From an uncultured delta proteobacterium (GTDB lineage Bacteria > Desulfobacterota > Binatia > UBA9968), in assembly GCA_963745835.1 (NCBI GenBank), contig CAVUZH010000020.1:32001-96000 (forward strand): a DNA stretch of 64,000 bases. The letters run 5' to 3'. Under the pieces are notes generated by a model that was not told where the DNA came from, did no database searches, and saw nothing but the letters and a program-made list of their open reading frames with translations. The translations under genes were made by a program, and so were the position numbers. Shown here piece after piece: positions 31,185 to 41,817 of the stretch (the first letter of the stretch is position 1; each line of letters starts with the position of its first letter).

Positions 31185-32057
31185 ATGATTCTCACCCAAC
31201 AGCTCATACTCGGAGTTCTCGTCGGCGGGCTTTACGGGCTCGCCGCCGCCGGGCTGTCTCTTACGTTCGGTGTCCTTCGGGTGTTGAACGTCGCGCACGG
31301 CGAGCTGCTCATGCTCGGCGGCTACGGCACGTTCTGGCTGTTCACTCTTTGGAAGATCGATCCGTTCGCCTCGCTTCTCGCCGTCGCTCCGGCCATGTTC
31401 CTTTCGGGAGCGTTGCTTTACGTCGCGTTGTTTCAATTTGTCGTAAAAGCGCACGAGGAAGCGCGCATCAAGAACTCGCTGCTCATCGGCTTCGGTCTGA
31501 CCCTCGTTCTTCACGCCCTCGCGATACAACTTTGGACCGCCGACGAGCGCAGCGTCACAACAGCGTACTCCGGAGCCGTGCTGCGCCTCGGTCCCTTTGC
31601 GGTGCCGTGGCTGCGTCTAAGCAGCCTGCTGTTCGCCTTCGCGATCCTCGCCGCGCTGCACATGTTTCTTTCGGAAACGCGCTGGGGCCGGGCGATCCGC
31701 GCCACGGCGGAGGATTGGGAGGCCGCCGCGCTCATGGGCATCCCGGTGGGCAAAACCTACCTGCTGGCATTCGCTCTCGGCACCGCGCTGGCGGGTGTTG
31801 CCGGCGGGTTGGTCAGTATCTCTTATTCGATCAGTCCTTCGATCGGCATCGAGTGGACCTTAAAGGCTTTGATCGTCATCGTGCTCGCCGGCATGGGCTC
31901 GCTTTTCGGCAGCTTCGCCGGCGGCATTCTACTCGGCCTCGCTGAGGCGATGAGCGTGGTGTTTGTCGGCGGCCCGTACCGCGAGGTCATCGGCTTGATT
32001 CTCTTTCTTGTCGTTTTGATTCTGCGCCCTCAAGGATTGTTCGGAGCGCGCTCATGA
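31185..32057 (+). CDS. livH: BCAA ABC permease
   Basis: GLSLTFGVLRVLNVAHG, GRAIRA, LAGMGS, RPQGLFG. Confidence 0.9.
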   Translation: MILTQQLILGVLVGGLYGLAAAGLSLTFGVLRVLNVAHGELLMLGGYGTFWLFTLWKIDPFASLLAVAPAMFLSGALLYVALFQFVVKAHEEARIKNSLLIGFGLTLVLHALAIQLWTADERSVTTAYSGAVLRLGPFAVPWLRLSSLLFAFAILAALHMFLSETRWGRAIRATAEDWEAAALMGIPVGKTYLLAFALGTALAGVAGGLVSISYSISPSIGIEWTLKALIVIVLAGMGSLFGSFAGGILLGLAEAMSVVFVGGPYREVIGLILFLVVLILRPQGLFGARS

Positions 32058-32968
32058 AACTAGCCGGCGCCGGAATATTACTCGCGGCCGGCTTCGCCGC
32101 AATGCCGCTTTTCACCGCGCGCAACGATCTCCTGAATCTCGGCGTACAAATTTTTCTTGCCGTCGCCCTGGCGCAAAGCTGGAACTTGATCGGCGGCTAC
32201 GCCGGACAAATTAATCTCGGCCATGCTGCATTTTTTGGCTTGGGCGCGTTGGTGACGCGCATGCTGTGGGTGAGCGGGATGCCGCTGCTTTTGTCGATCG
32301 CTGCCGGCGCCGTGGTCGCTACAGCGTTTGGATGCTTGATCGGAGTCCCAGCCTTTCGGTTGCGCGGCGCATACTTTGCCATCGGCACTCTCGGCTTGGC
32401 GGAAATTCTTCGCATCACGATCGGCAATGTTCTCCCCGAGATCTCCACGATCCGCGCCGCCGAGCTCGCTTCCTACAACATGCTGCCGCGCTACTATTTG
32501 ACTCTCGGATTGGCTGTTCTGTGCGTCGCCGTCGTCGCCTGGATGGTTCCCTCGCGCGTGGGACTAGGCATTCGCGCCGTGCGCGAGGATGAAATTGCCG
32601 CCGAAGCTACAGGCGTAAGCGCAGTGCGCCATAAACTTCTCGCTCTCGCCGTCTCCACGGCGATGGCCGGCCTCGCCGGCGGCGCCTTCGCCTACTACCA
32701 CGTGAGCTATTACCCGCAGCATACTTTTTCGCCGGTCTGGACTTTCGATGCCGTGCTGATGTCTTTCATCGGTGGCGTTGGCACCGTTCATGGTCCGGTG
32801 TTGGGCGCCCTCTTTTATGTGATCCTCAAGGAAGTGCTCGCGCTCCGCTGGGTCGAGTTCCACCTGATCATTTTCGGCGTGTTATTCATCCTGGTCGTGC
32901 TGTTCCTGCCCGGTGGCTTGGTCGAAGCGTGGAACCGCGCCCGCCGGCTGATTGCCCGGCCACGCTGA
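32054..32968 (+). CDS. livM: BCAA ABC permease
   Basis: SWNLIGGYAGQINLGHAAFFG, RLRGAYFAI, AVREDE, PGGL. Confidence 0.9.
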   Translation: MKLAGAGILLAAGFAAMPLFTARNDLLNLGVQIFLAVALAQSWNLIGGYAGQINLGHAAFFGLGALVTRMLWVSGMPLLLSIAAGAVVATAFGCLIGVPAFRLRGAYFAIGTLGLAEILRITIGNVLPEISTIRAAELASYNMLPRYYLTLGLAVLCVAVVAWMVPSRVGLGIRAVREDEIAAEATGVSAVRHKLLALAVSTAMAGLAGGAFAYYHVSYYPQHTFSPVWTFDAVLMSFIGGVGTVHGPVLGALFYVILKEVLALRWVEFHLIIFGVLFILVVLFLPGGLVEAWNRARRLIARPR

Positions 32969-32989
32969 GCTTGGTACTGGATGCAACCT

Positions 32990-33180
32990 CGGTCGGCCAA
33001 TGAATTTTACCGCCGGAAATTCACCGGCGCCGATCCTCGACAAATCGATTCTCTGGACAATTTCATAAGCTGCCGTTAACCACCAAAGACGAGCTGGTTG
33101 AGGATCAACGAAAACATCCGCCGGTCGGCACCGACTTGACCTTTCCGGCAGATCGTTACGGTCCGCATCCACCAAACTTC
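32990..33180 (+). pseudogene. Phenylacetate-CoA ligase-like N-terminal fragment
   Basis: FYRRKF, KLPLTTKDELVEDQ, GTDLTFP, RIHQTS; cut just before the TIR at 33192. Confidence 0.65.
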
Positions 33181-33191
33181 GCGGGCGATTA

Positions 33192-34241
33192 GGGACGCTG
33201 TTGACTAACTGGACAAACTAGAATAGAGAGTGGAGAGAATCGATAAGGGCTACAGCGTATGCCGAGGCAGGCTAGACTGGATAGTCCCGGGACACTGCAC
33301 CATGTAATGATCCGAGGGATTGAAAAGAAGCGGATCGTCCTTGACGAGCAAGACCGAAAAGACTTTGTGCGCCGATTGGGTTTATTGGCCGTGGAAACGA
33401 AGACGGCGATCTATGCATGGGCGTTAATGAGCAACCATGCTCATTTGCTGGTTTGCAGCGGGACTGAGGGATTAGCCAAGTTTATGCGGCGATTTTTGAC
33501 CGGTTACGCGGTGAGTTATAACCTGCGCCATCGCCGGCATGGTCATCTTTTTCAGAACCGTTACAAATCGATGGTGTGCGACGGCGGCAGCTATTTCACC
33601 GAGCTGGTGCGCTACATCCACCTAAACCCGTTAAGAGTGGAGTTGGTAAAGGATTTGAGGCAACTGGAGAGATATCCCTATTGTGGACATGGAACAATCT
33701 TGGGAGCGCAATCAAACGCCTGGCAAGACCGCGACAGCGTGTTGGCCCAGTTTAGCCAACGCGAAGCGGAAGCGAAGGAGGCATACCGGCGCTATATTGC
33801 CGAAGGAGTCGTGCTGGGGCGGCGGCCGGAGCTGGTTGGGGGGAGTGGATCGGTTGGCGAATGGTTTGCGGTGAAATCCCAGCGGCGACGCAGGATTGAA
33901 GAGTCAACTGATGAGCGGATTTTGGGCAGCGGAGCATTTGTAAAGCGTGTTCTAAAAGAAGCAGATGCGCGGACACTCCGGCAAAACGCCTTCAAGAAAA
34001 CCAAACGCTATGCGGAGCGTGTCGTTGCCGCGGCCTGCAAGAAAGACGGCATATCGCTAACAGAACTCCGAAGCGGGAGCCGCCGTGGGAAACTGCCCGC
34101 CGTGAGAGTGAAGATCGTTCAGGGGCTTAGTGGAGGATTATGGCGTGCCCATCGCCGAGGTCGCTCGCCAAGTGGGTATCTCGACATCTGGAGTTTCAAA
34201 GATTCTGACACGAAGTTTGTCCAGCTAGTCAACAGCGTCCC
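33192..34241 (+). mobile_element. TIR-bounded Y1/RAYT-like element 1
   Basis: 28-bp TIR GGGACGCTGTTGACTA[A/G]CTGGACAAACT at 33192-33219 and 34214-34241; TA on both outer sides. Confidence 0.88.
33259..34228 (+). CDS. HUH Y1 (RAYT-like) transposase with C-terminal HTH; +1 frameshift near 34122
   Basis: HHVMIRG, MSNHAHLL, HLFQNRYKS, RYIHLNP; removing one G at 34122-34125 restores LVEDYGVPIAEVARQVGISTSGVSKIL..* with the stop inside the TIR. Confidence 0.88.
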
Positions 34242-34250
34242 TAGCTGCCG

Positions 34251-34638
34251 TACTCTTACCCGCTAAATTCACAGGCAAAAACTGGATCTATGCGCTATGC
34301 TTTGGGTCATGGCAGTCATGCGCGAGAGATCCGGCCACCACGAATCAGAACGCTTTTGAACATGGTCTAGCGGGAATCGCGCAACCCCGAGTAAACGGCG
34401 CACTGCCGAACGATTCGTTGCTCCTGAAATGTGAAATTATTGAATCGATTGGAACTGTCCTTTTGAGTGTTCCGACATTGAACCGTTGAACGCTTGAACG
34501 GTTTGAACCGATCGACGCGTGTTTGCGTCGGATTTTCCGCACGAAATCGCGATCGAAGACGCACTGCATGAGGTCAATGAAATTCTCGAACGGAAAAATA
34601 GAAACCTAAGCACAAAACCATGATATATCTGACCTACC
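34251..34638 (+). mobile_element. Composite module copy B
   Basis: ATTCACAGGCAAAA.CTGGATCTATGCGCTATGC, TTGAAC repeats, VFASDFPHEIAIEDALHEVNEILERK; ends ATCTGACCT. Confidence 0.75.
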
Positions 34639-34800
34639 GTTATGATCGAGAAGCCTCTATGAGCATAGGCCATGGGTTGAAACAATTTTTGCTGGCACTC
34701 CAGCAGAACAAATTACGCAAAACGAGACACGCGCCGACGGTTGAAAACAACGGCCAAGGTTGAGCTGGTTGCCAGTTAGGCGACAAGGAAGGCGATAGTA

Positions 34801-35967
34801 ATGCTTGATGGTTACCAAATATTCGATGCCGATGCGCACACGATGATGAGCCCTAGGATGTGGGCCGACTTGCCTGAAGATTTCGCCGCTCGTCGACCCC
34901 GCGCGGTGCGGATTTCCGACGAAAGCGGACTCGGGTATTGGAACACGGGTTGGTATGTGGATGGTCGATTGGAGCCGCATCCGTTTGGACCAGGAGCCCA
35001 GTCTGCCAATACGCCTGCCATGGTACTGGATGAATTCAAACCGGAACCGGGGAAACCTCGCGCAATGATCGGCTCCACTGATTTCGCGGTACCCGCGGCG
35101 AGCCTCGATCTATCGGACCCGGAAGCACGGTTGCAAAATCTTGAGCGCATGGCGGTGGACATTCAGATGCTTTTCCCATCCACTCTCTATGCTCATATGA
35201 CTTCCGATCCCCGCCTCGATGCGGCTCTCTGTCGTTCGTACAATCGCTATGTCGGCGGTCAATGTCGGTCGGCGCCCAAACGGCTCAAATGGGCCGGGCT
35301 CCTGCCGATGCGCGATCAAGGCGAGGCCATCAAGGCTCTGGACGAGATGCAACATCTAGGGGCGAGCGCCGCGGTGGTATTCGGAACGGTCGGAGAACGG
35401 CTCCTCTCCGACCCGACTTTTACACCCATATGGGACGAATTCGCGCGCAGAACGCTGCCACTTTGCATACACATGGGTATGAGCTATCCGCCGTTTCAGG
35501 ACCTCTGCCATTCAATTCAGGACGCCAATATGATCGCCAAGGCACTGCCCGCGCAGCTCGCCTTTGTCGCCGTTGTCGGTAATAAGATGCTCGACCGCTA
35601 TCCGAGTCTCCGCGTCGCCTTTCTTGAATTCGGCGCCGAATGGATCTTTTACATGTTCGGCCGGATGGAGCATTACCTAAAGGTGAATCGCCGGCGTATG
35701 CCCAGCGCCGCGGCGCTGCCGCAAAAAGATGTCGAGGATTATGCCAAGTGCGGGAGAATTTTCATCGCTCCTGAGTCCGACGACGCCATGCTCGCTCAGG
35801 AGATCGCGCTGCTCGGCGCCAATCAGATTCTTTTCTCTTCGGACTTTCCGCACGGCGAAGGACGGGAAAACGCCGCCCGCGGTATCCTCGATCGCACCGA
35901 TCTCACCGCGGAACAGAAGCGCAAGATTCTTTACGACAATCCGGTCAATTTATTTGGATCGCCATAA
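34801..35967 (+). CDS. Amidohydrolase_2 family protein
   Basis: DADAH, LFPS, CIHMG, FLEFG, FSSDFPH. Confidence 0.9.
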   Translation: MLDGYQIFDADAHTMMSPRMWADLPEDFAARRPRAVRISDESGLGYWNTGWYVDGRLEPHPFGPGAQSANTPAMVLDEFKPEPGKPRAMIGSTDFAVPAASLDLSDPEARLQNLERMAVDIQMLFPSTLYAHMTSDPRLDAALCRSYNRYVGGQCRSAPKRLKWAGLLPMRDQGEAIKALDEMQHLGASAAVVFGTVGERLLSDPTFTPIWDEFARRTLPLCIHMGMSYPPFQDLCHSIQDANMIAKALPAQLAFVAVVGNKMLDRYPSLRVAFLEFGAEWIFYMFGRMEHYLKVNRRRMPSAAALPQKDVEDYAKCGRIFIAPESDDAMLAQEIALLGANQILFSSDFPHGEGRENAARGILDRTDLTAEQKRKILYDNPVNLFGSP

Positions 35968-35996
35968 TCTCGATGAAAACGGCCAAGGAGTCTTCC

Positions 35997-36974
35997 ATGA
36001 AGTGGTTTCGTCGATTTGCCTACTCTGCGGTCGTAACCTTCACGCTTCTTAGCGCGGGGCACACCGCATGGGCACGCACGGTCAAGGTCGGCATTCCTGG
36101 TCACAACGTTACGCAAGCAGCTTTCTATGTCGCCAAGGAGCGGGGCTGGTATCGGGATGAAGGTTTGGATGTCCAGCTGATCATGATGCCCGCGCCGGTG
36201 AGCAATTTGGCGTTGATCGCAGGCAACGTAGATTTCACTTCCGTTCCCACCGCAGCGATTACGGCTGCGTTGCGCGGCGCTCCGCTCCGGGTGCTCTTCA
36301 CAAGCTTCGATAAACCACTTTTCTGGCTCTACGCCAGGCCGGAGATCCGCGAGCTCAAGGAGCTGAAAGGCAGAAAGATCGGGACCAGCGGACTCGGCGC
36401 GGCGGAAACGCTGTTGCGTGAATTCCTTCAAAAGCACGGTTTTGACGTCAGCCGAGATATCACTTTATTGAACACGGGAGCGGATTCAGTTCGTTATGTT
36501 TCTGTTGTGGCGGGCTCGACCGATGCAACTGTGATTACGTTGCCGTGGAATTTTTCCGCCGAGGATGCAGGCCTGCGCAGTCTGGTTTCCTTTACGAAAG
36601 AGGACATGGTGCAGCTCACGGGAAGCGTGGTCGCCCGTGAAGGCATTCTGCGATCCGAACCCAGCGTGGTGGAAAAATTCATCGCCGCTACCATGCGCGG
36701 GCACTTGGCCCTGCGTGAAGATCGTACCGAAGCGATCGCCACGCTGACTCGCAACGTAAAAATTTCCGATGCTCTCGCCGCTAGAAGCTACGATGTGATT
36801 CGCCCGGCTTTGACGCTCGACGGTGGACTCAATGAAGAGTCTCAGCGGAAGGCTCTCGATCTAATTTTACAAGCGCAAAGCATCAAAGATGCGCCCCCGG
36901 CAGAGCGCTTCTTCGATTTTGCGATTCAAAGACGCGTGAGCGCCGATCTTAAGAAAAAAGGCTGGAAACCGTGA
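35997..36974 (+). CDS. NitT/TauT-type ABC substrate-binding protein
   Basis: VAKERGWYRDEGLDV, ELKGRKIG. Confidence 0.85.
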   Translation: MKWFRRFAYSAVVTFTLLSAGHTAWARTVKVGIPGHNVTQAAFYVAKERGWYRDEGLDVQLIMMPAPVSNLALIAGNVDFTSVPTAAITAALRGAPLRVLFTSFDKPLFWLYARPEIRELKELKGRKIGTSGLGAAETLLREFLQKHGFDVSRDITLLNTGADSVRYVSVVAGSTDATVITLPWNFSAEDAGLRSLVSFTKEDMVQLTGSVVAREGILRSEPSVVEKFIAATMRGHLALREDRTEAIATLTRNVKISDALAARSYDVIRPALTLDGGLNEESQRKALDLILQAQSIKDAPPAERFFDFAIQRRVSADLKKKGWKP

Positions 36975-37000
36975 AGATACCAACGGTGCAATCGACCGGC

Positions 37001-37214
37001 TCGCGATGGAAGACGCACTGCATGAGATCAATGAAATTCTCGAACGGAAAGATATTCAATGGTAAGCGCAAAGCCATGATACTCGGTGAAAACGCTAAGG
37101 GATTCTACAAACTCTAATGTGAGATTCCCGTTGCTCTGAAGATGCGAGCAGGGTGATTAAGAAAGCGCTATCACGGCCAAATAATTCTGTTGGTGCAACA
37201 CAAGACCCGACGCC
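37001..37214 (+). mobile_element. Composite module copy C
   Basis: AMEDALHEINEILERKD..ILGENAKGFYKL*; ends AAGACCCGACGCC; the module's upstream piece recurs at 37293-37340. Confidence 0.78.
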
Positions 37215-37367
37215 ATGGCTGTTTCCTCTCACTTTTGACCGTGAAAAGTTAGTAGAGTTGGGCAAGTCTGACACGGGGGCGTTCTCCTTCTCGAGGAGTC
37301 TGTTGGAGAACCGTGAATTGATCTAGCGAGCGGGCACGGCATTCACCGATTGACCGAGGGCGAATGC

Positions 37368-37391
37368 TGCTGTACAGTTAGATGTACAGCA
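37368..37391. promoter_or_regulatory. Probable TA operator palindrome
   Basis: TGCTGTACA-gttaga-TGTACAGCA just upstream of the antitoxin RBS. Confidence 0.6.
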
Positions 37392-37398
37392 AAAGGAG

Positions 37399-37704
37399 GT
37401 GGGTTTGAAGCAATTATCGCTAACCGAAGCGCGCGCCAAATTGAGTAGCCTGGTGGCGGAAGTCGACAAGGGAAATGGGCCCATCGCGATTGCGCAGCGG
37501 TCGAAGGTCAAGGCACTGCTCGTCGATCCCGAATGGCATGGCCGGGTAGAGGAAGAACTCGCCCACTACCGAACTCGCTCGAGGCAATCGCCGTTAAAAC
37601 TGCGGGGCAGCATGACATTGACGGGAGACCTGGACGAAGCTCTCCAGGATCTCAAGAAAGAAAGAGAGCAGTCCCTCCAGGGCGTCATTGCCGCGCTCAA
37701 GTGA
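37399..37704 (+). CDS. Phd/YefM family antitoxin
   Basis: SLTEARAKLSSLV..PIAI; GTGA overlap with the PIN gene. Confidence 0.82.
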   Translation: MGLKQLSLTEARAKLSSLVAEVDKGNGPIAIAQRSKVKALLVDPEWHGRVEEELAHYRTRSRQSPLKLRGSMTLTGDLDEALQDLKKEREQSLQGVIAALK

Positions 37705-38102
37705 TTTACGTTACCGATATGCACCCGCTGGTTTTCTGGTCATCAAATCGTAGACGGCGGTTGGGAAACCGCGCACGGCGTATCTTGCAAGAGACGGAGC
37801 AGGGCAAACACTCCATCATCGTGCCGATTGTCGTTCTGGAAGAAATCAACCGGCTGGTGGAAAGAAAAATCGTTCGCTTGGAGGTTCCGTTTCGTCGCTG
37901 GGCCGAAGAGCTTGAACGCTCGCCCAACTTTCAAGTCCAGGCTTATACGTTGGAAGTTTTGCTGCAATCGGTCTCGCTCGCGGCAATCCGCGACCCGGCG
38001 GATAGAGCCATCGTCGCAACAGCCCGCCAGCTCCGCTGCCCGCTCATCACCGCCGATGACCTTATTCGAGACGGTGAGTGGGTCGATACGGTTTGGGACT
38101 GA
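37701..38102 (+). CDS. VapC/PIN toxin
   Basis: YVTDMH, VLEEI, DPADRAIVATA, LITAD. Confidence 0.85.
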   Translation: MIYVTDMHPLVFWSSNRRRRLGNRARRILQETEQGKHSIIVPIVVLEEINRLVERKIVRLEVPFRRWAEELERSPNFQVQAYTLEVLLQSVSLAAIRDPADRAIVATARQLRCPLITADDLIRDGEWVDTVWD

Positions 38103-38150
38103 CCGCCGCGAGATTATTCTCTTGCATCGATAGAACGGTCCGGAGAGGTC

Positions 38151-38392
38151 CGTGTTTGGGTCCGAGTTCCCGCACGAAACGCGATGGAGACGCATTGCAT
38201 GAGATCAATGAAATTCTCGAACGAAAAAATGTCAAGGATAGGCACAAAGCCATGATACTCAGAGACAACGCCAAGAGATTCTACAACCTCTAGTGTGAGA
38301 TCCTCCCTGTTGCACTGAATATGCGAGCGGAGCGAGTAAGAAACTATTGGGAGGCGTCAAAAGTTCTGTTGTCGTAATGCAAGACCTCACCC
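38151..38392 (+). mobile_element. Composite module copy D
   Basis: DALHEINEILERKNVKDRHKAMILRDNAKRFYNL*; ends AAGACCTCACCC. Confidence 0.8.
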
Positions 38393-38398
38393 TGCGGC

Positions 38399-38534
38399 TT
38401 GCCCGGCCGCGTGCTGGTAATGCTGCAACAGTTCGCCGGCGTCGCCTATCGCGGTAGTAGTCTCGCGTCTAATCGGGTTCACAATCGTGCATCGGGATCC
38501 CAAGGACCGAGCTTGAGCACCCGGGTCATGCACG
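38399..38534. repeat. Decayed gene fragment repeated at 12147-12283
   Basis: See 12147; begins just after the module D end. Confidence 0.75.
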
Positions 38535-38544
38535 GGGCTGAGAG

Positions 38545-38908
38545 AACCCTTAGTCTTTTTCCATCGACCGTTTCCTTGGTAGAAGGATCGTGGCTCAAGC
38601 CCTACGCGCAGTCAGTTAGACTGTCGAGCTTCACGTCGAGCACTTTGCTCCGGACGCTAAAGACGAAGTTTGGCTGACTGAAGTCGGGAGCCGTGGTTGC
38701 AGATCGTATCCGCTACAGAGTCACTGAACGAACGGCGCTCGCATCCGGGAGAGTCAGGGCTTTTGTGCTGACTTCAAGCCAACTGCTAGGGGCCGAAATG
38801 GCTACTGGCTTTGTAAAAGCACTTCCACGGATGAAGCGGCTTATCGCCAACCACACTCCTCCATTCATTGGCCGGGTTTCAAGAAATGGGAAAGTCTCAC
38901 TGTTGTGA
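38545..38908 (+). pseudogene. PIN-like (VapC45/DUF5615-type) toxin remnant
   Basis: IDRFLGRRIVAQALR*..HFAPDAKDEVWL / RIRYR..E..RAFVLTS..PPFIGRV with a stop and a frameshift. Confidence 0.6.
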
Positions 38909-39060
38909 GCCGTCGCCGAAATCGTCAAGAGGAATACGCTCGTATAAGCACCCGCTGGGACATAAGCGAGAATTTCATACTGCGAGATTGACTTGCCATC
39001 GGTAAGTTTCTCCCCTCTTCGTGCGAATGCCTTGACCATAGCCGGCCGGTACAGTACTTT

Positions 39061-39086
39061 AAGTAGACCAGAATTTTGGTCTACTT
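39061..39086. promoter_or_regulatory. Probable TA operator palindrome
   Basis: AAGTAGACCA-gaattt-TGGTCTACTT perfect 10-bp IR before the RBS. Confidence 0.65.
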
Positions 39087-39099
39087 GGAGGATGCGAGC

Positions 39100-39393
39100 A
39101 TGTCCAAAACAATGCCCATTTCAGAGGTTAAGACACGGTTGCCTGAGCTCGTCTCCGGCGTCGAGGAGCGGGAAGAAGAGATCGTCGTCACGCGTAACGG
39201 TAAGCCTGCGGCTGTATTGGTGAATTACAACGAGTACGAGCGCTTGAAAGCCACGCTGGATGTTTTGAGCGATCCGGTATCAATGAGGCAGATCGCTCAG
39301 AGTAAGAGCTTCTACGCTAAAGGGCGAGAAGGAGAATCCTTCGAAGCTGTGTTTGGCGATTCTCTGGTTACGCGTAAACGTCTAAAGAAATAA
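39100..39393 (+). CDS. Phd/YefM family antitoxin
   Basis: ISEVKTRLPELV..IVVTRNGKPAAVLV..EYERL. Confidence 0.88.
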   Translation: MSKTMPISEVKTRLPELVSGVEEREEEIVVTRNGKPAAVLVNYNEYERLKATLDVLSDPVSMRQIAQSKSFYAKGREGESFEAVFGDSLVTRKRLKK

Positions 39394-39728
39394 TGGCCGT
39401 CTACCGGCCCGATATCCCACCGCACGTGGCGGAAATCATCCGCCACTTACCTCCGGAATTAAAGCAGCGCATCAAGCGAGCAATCCGATCTTTAAGCGCC
39501 GATCCGTCCGCGGGTGAGCCTCTTATCGCAGAACTATCTGGACTCTGGAGCTTCAAAGTCAGACGATTTCGCATCATTTACGAATTGCATCGTAAAGCGC
39601 GGGTTCTCAGGATCTTCGCCATCGGCCATCGGCGGGAGGTTTATGAGCAACTGGCGGACCGATTGCGCCAGGTCGAGAGAGCGGAAATAGTGTGTTTGCA
39701 ACGAAGAGATAAATTCTTGCGTGTGTGA
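39393..39728 (+). CDS. RelE/ParE family toxin
   Basis: DPSAGEPL..LSGLWSFKVRRFRIIYE..IGHRREVY; TAATG coupling. Confidence 0.87.
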   Translation: MAVYRPDIPPHVAEIIRHLPPELKQRIKRAIRSLSADPSAGEPLIAELSGLWSFKVRRFRIIYELHRKARVLRIFAIGHRREVYEQLADRLRQVERAEIVCLQRRDKFLRV

Positions 39729-39874
39729 GAGCGCCCGTGCTTGCCGGGCGCATTTGGATCAACAAAGGCAACTTTTCAACCCAACTCGAGCGAGCCCGCG
39801 ACCACTTGGACTTCGATTCTTTCTCATCGATGTCTTTTAGAATTCATCAACTCCAATTTGACGCTAAGCCCTCC

Positions 39875-40132
39875 TCACACACCTGGCCAGGCTGGACTGA
39901 TTTGACTCGAGAGGCGGTAATCTAGCGCGAGGACTGCAAAGCCTCTGTCCGCCAGCCAGGGTCCCCAACTCTGCTTTTGTGAACCACGCAGCCAAGCGCC
40001 ACCGTGTAAACAAAGCAGTGCCGGATGCATACCGCCACTCGCAGGCAGATAGACGTCGGCGCAAAGATCTCCCTGCGGCCCGCCACCGTAAGGCACATCG
40101 ACGCGGATTTGAACGCTGGTATTGTTGTTCAT
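39875..40132 (-). pseudogene. Truncated alpha/beta hydrolase (HGG esterase)
   Basis: ADVYLP, LHGGAW, LDYRLS, then premature end. Confidence 0.7.
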
Positions 40133-40144
40133 ATCACCGATATC

Positions 40145-41272
40145 TCAGGCGACTTTGTATTCCTTAATCGCATCCTCGTTTAACTCTAGACCGAGTCCAG
40201 GCTTTTCGGTGAGAGTGATCCAACCGTTCACCGGTTCCGGCACCTCCTTGTAGACGACGTTCCAGGTAAGCCAATTGGTGATGTGAACTTCGGCGCGCCA
40301 GCCATTGGGCACCGCGGCGTGCAAATGGACGTCGAAATGGTGACCGTTGCCGATGGGCAGGTTGAAGGCATGGGCCAGGGCGGCGGCTTTCATGCCCATG
40401 GTGAAACCGCCCACCACGAGCACATGGAAATTCAGGAAGTCTACCGAATCTTGCTTCACCAACTCGGCAAGCTTTGAAAGATTATCGTATTGACCGGCGG
40501 CAATCGGAATACTCGTCTGCTTGCGCAGCTGGGCCAGCAGATGTGGATCGTTATACACAATCGGCTCTTCGAACCACATCAGGTTATAGGGCTCGAGGCG
40601 CTTGCACCAGCGCACGGCGGCTTCGAGTTTCATTAGACAGTTGGCGTCTACCATCAACTCCGCCTTGTCGCCGACAGCCTCGCGCACCGCTCTAACTCTT
40701 GCTTCGTCTTCCGCTGGGTCGTCTTCGCGATGCTCGCCGCTGGCACCGGAGGGATCAGTGGCGCCGCGGATGTTCGATCGGCCGACCTGGATTTTGAGGC
40801 GTGTTTCGCCGCGGCCTGCCCAATATCTTGCCGCTTCCACCAATTCCTCGCGGCTGTAGGCGCGCAAACCGAAAGTAATGTAAGCCGGAACTGATTTCTG
40901 TGCGCCGCCGAGAAGACGCCAGACCGGCACTTTGTAAAACTTTCCCTTGATGTCCCAGAGCGCCACGTCGATGGCACTTACCGCGAAGTTCCAGACCCCG
41001 GCATGGGCGCGATTGTTGAATTTCCACAGCATCTGATGCATCAAGCGCTCGTGTTCCAGAGGCGTCTGGCCTTTCAAGAAGGGGACAAGGTCTTTGAGAA
41101 TGAAAGCCGCGGTGGCGGAATACATGGGGCCGGCGATCTGCGATAGGCCAATGATACCGTCATCAGTCGTGATTTTTAGTATGCGCGCTCCGGTTCGCAC
41201 GGGCTGTTTGAAGAGCGGCGGTGTAACTTGGATATTTTGCAGCTCGATAATTTCGATTTCGGCAATCTTCAA
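40145..41272 (-). CDS. Mandelate racemase/muconate lactonizing enzyme family
   Basis: SAIDVALWDIKGK, LMVDAN, WFEEP, EKPGLG; TTG start after AAGGAG. Confidence 0.9.
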   Translation of the reverse strand: MKIAEIEIIELQNIQVTPPLFKQPVRTGARILKITTDDGIIGLSQIAGPMYSATAAFILKDLVPFLKGQTPLEHERLMHQMLWKFNNRAHAGVWNFAVSAIDVALWDIKGKFYKVPVWRLLGGAQKSVPAYITFGLRAYSREELVEAARYWAGRGETRLKIQVGRSNIRGATDPSGASGEHREDDPAEDEARVRAVREAVGDKAELMVDANCLMKLEAAVRWCKRLEPYNLMWFEEPIVYNDPHLLAQLRKQTSIPIAAGQYDNLSKLAELVKQDSVDFLNFHVLVVGGFTMGMKAAALAHAFNLPIGNGHHFDVHLHAAVPNGWRAEVHITNWLTWNVVYKEVPEPVNGWITLTEKPGLGLELNEDAIKEYKVA

Positions 41273-41400
41273 GATTAGTCTCCTTCGGTCTTTGGGGGCT
41301 ACCATCGGAATTAACAGGTAGCGCGACGAGTAAGCAACAGGTATAAACGATCTTGATTAAAAGAGGAAAGCAGAGGATCAGGTATTAGAGATTTGACCCC

Positions 41401-41782
41401 ATCACCGCATTGCCATCACGCCTTCACGCGTTTCTTCCTGGAAATGTGCATCGACCAGGTGAGATTTATGGGAGGGCTCGTGCAACCGGATCGTTTGGGT
41501 ATCCGCATCCGCATTTGGGCCGAGGAAGAGATTCGACTCGGCCATCTTCCTGCGAAATCAGGAAATATTCTCGAAGCCGTGCTCTATCGCGGTGAGCTGC
41601 CGCGCGGTGAAATGGCGGCAATAGTCGGCACGGGAGACCGCCAAGCGCGCCGGATCATCTCAGCTCTGGTTGACAAGGGTGTATTGCAATCCGAAAGCGC
41701 GCGCGCGCCGCTGCGCCTCGCATTTCCAGCTGCGCTCGCGTCGCGCTGGATGCCGGGACTTTTCCCTGAAAGAATCGAATAA
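41401..41782 (+). pseudogene. C-terminal fragment of a Fic family protein
   Basis: FTRFFLEMCIDQVRFM..LYRGELPRG..RQARR..LRLAFP..WMPGLFP; begins at GAGATTTGACCCC 41388-41400. Confidence 0.72.
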
Positions 41783-41817
41783 GACTGGATAACGCCTTCC
41801 CTCGGTTTGCCGCTGCT

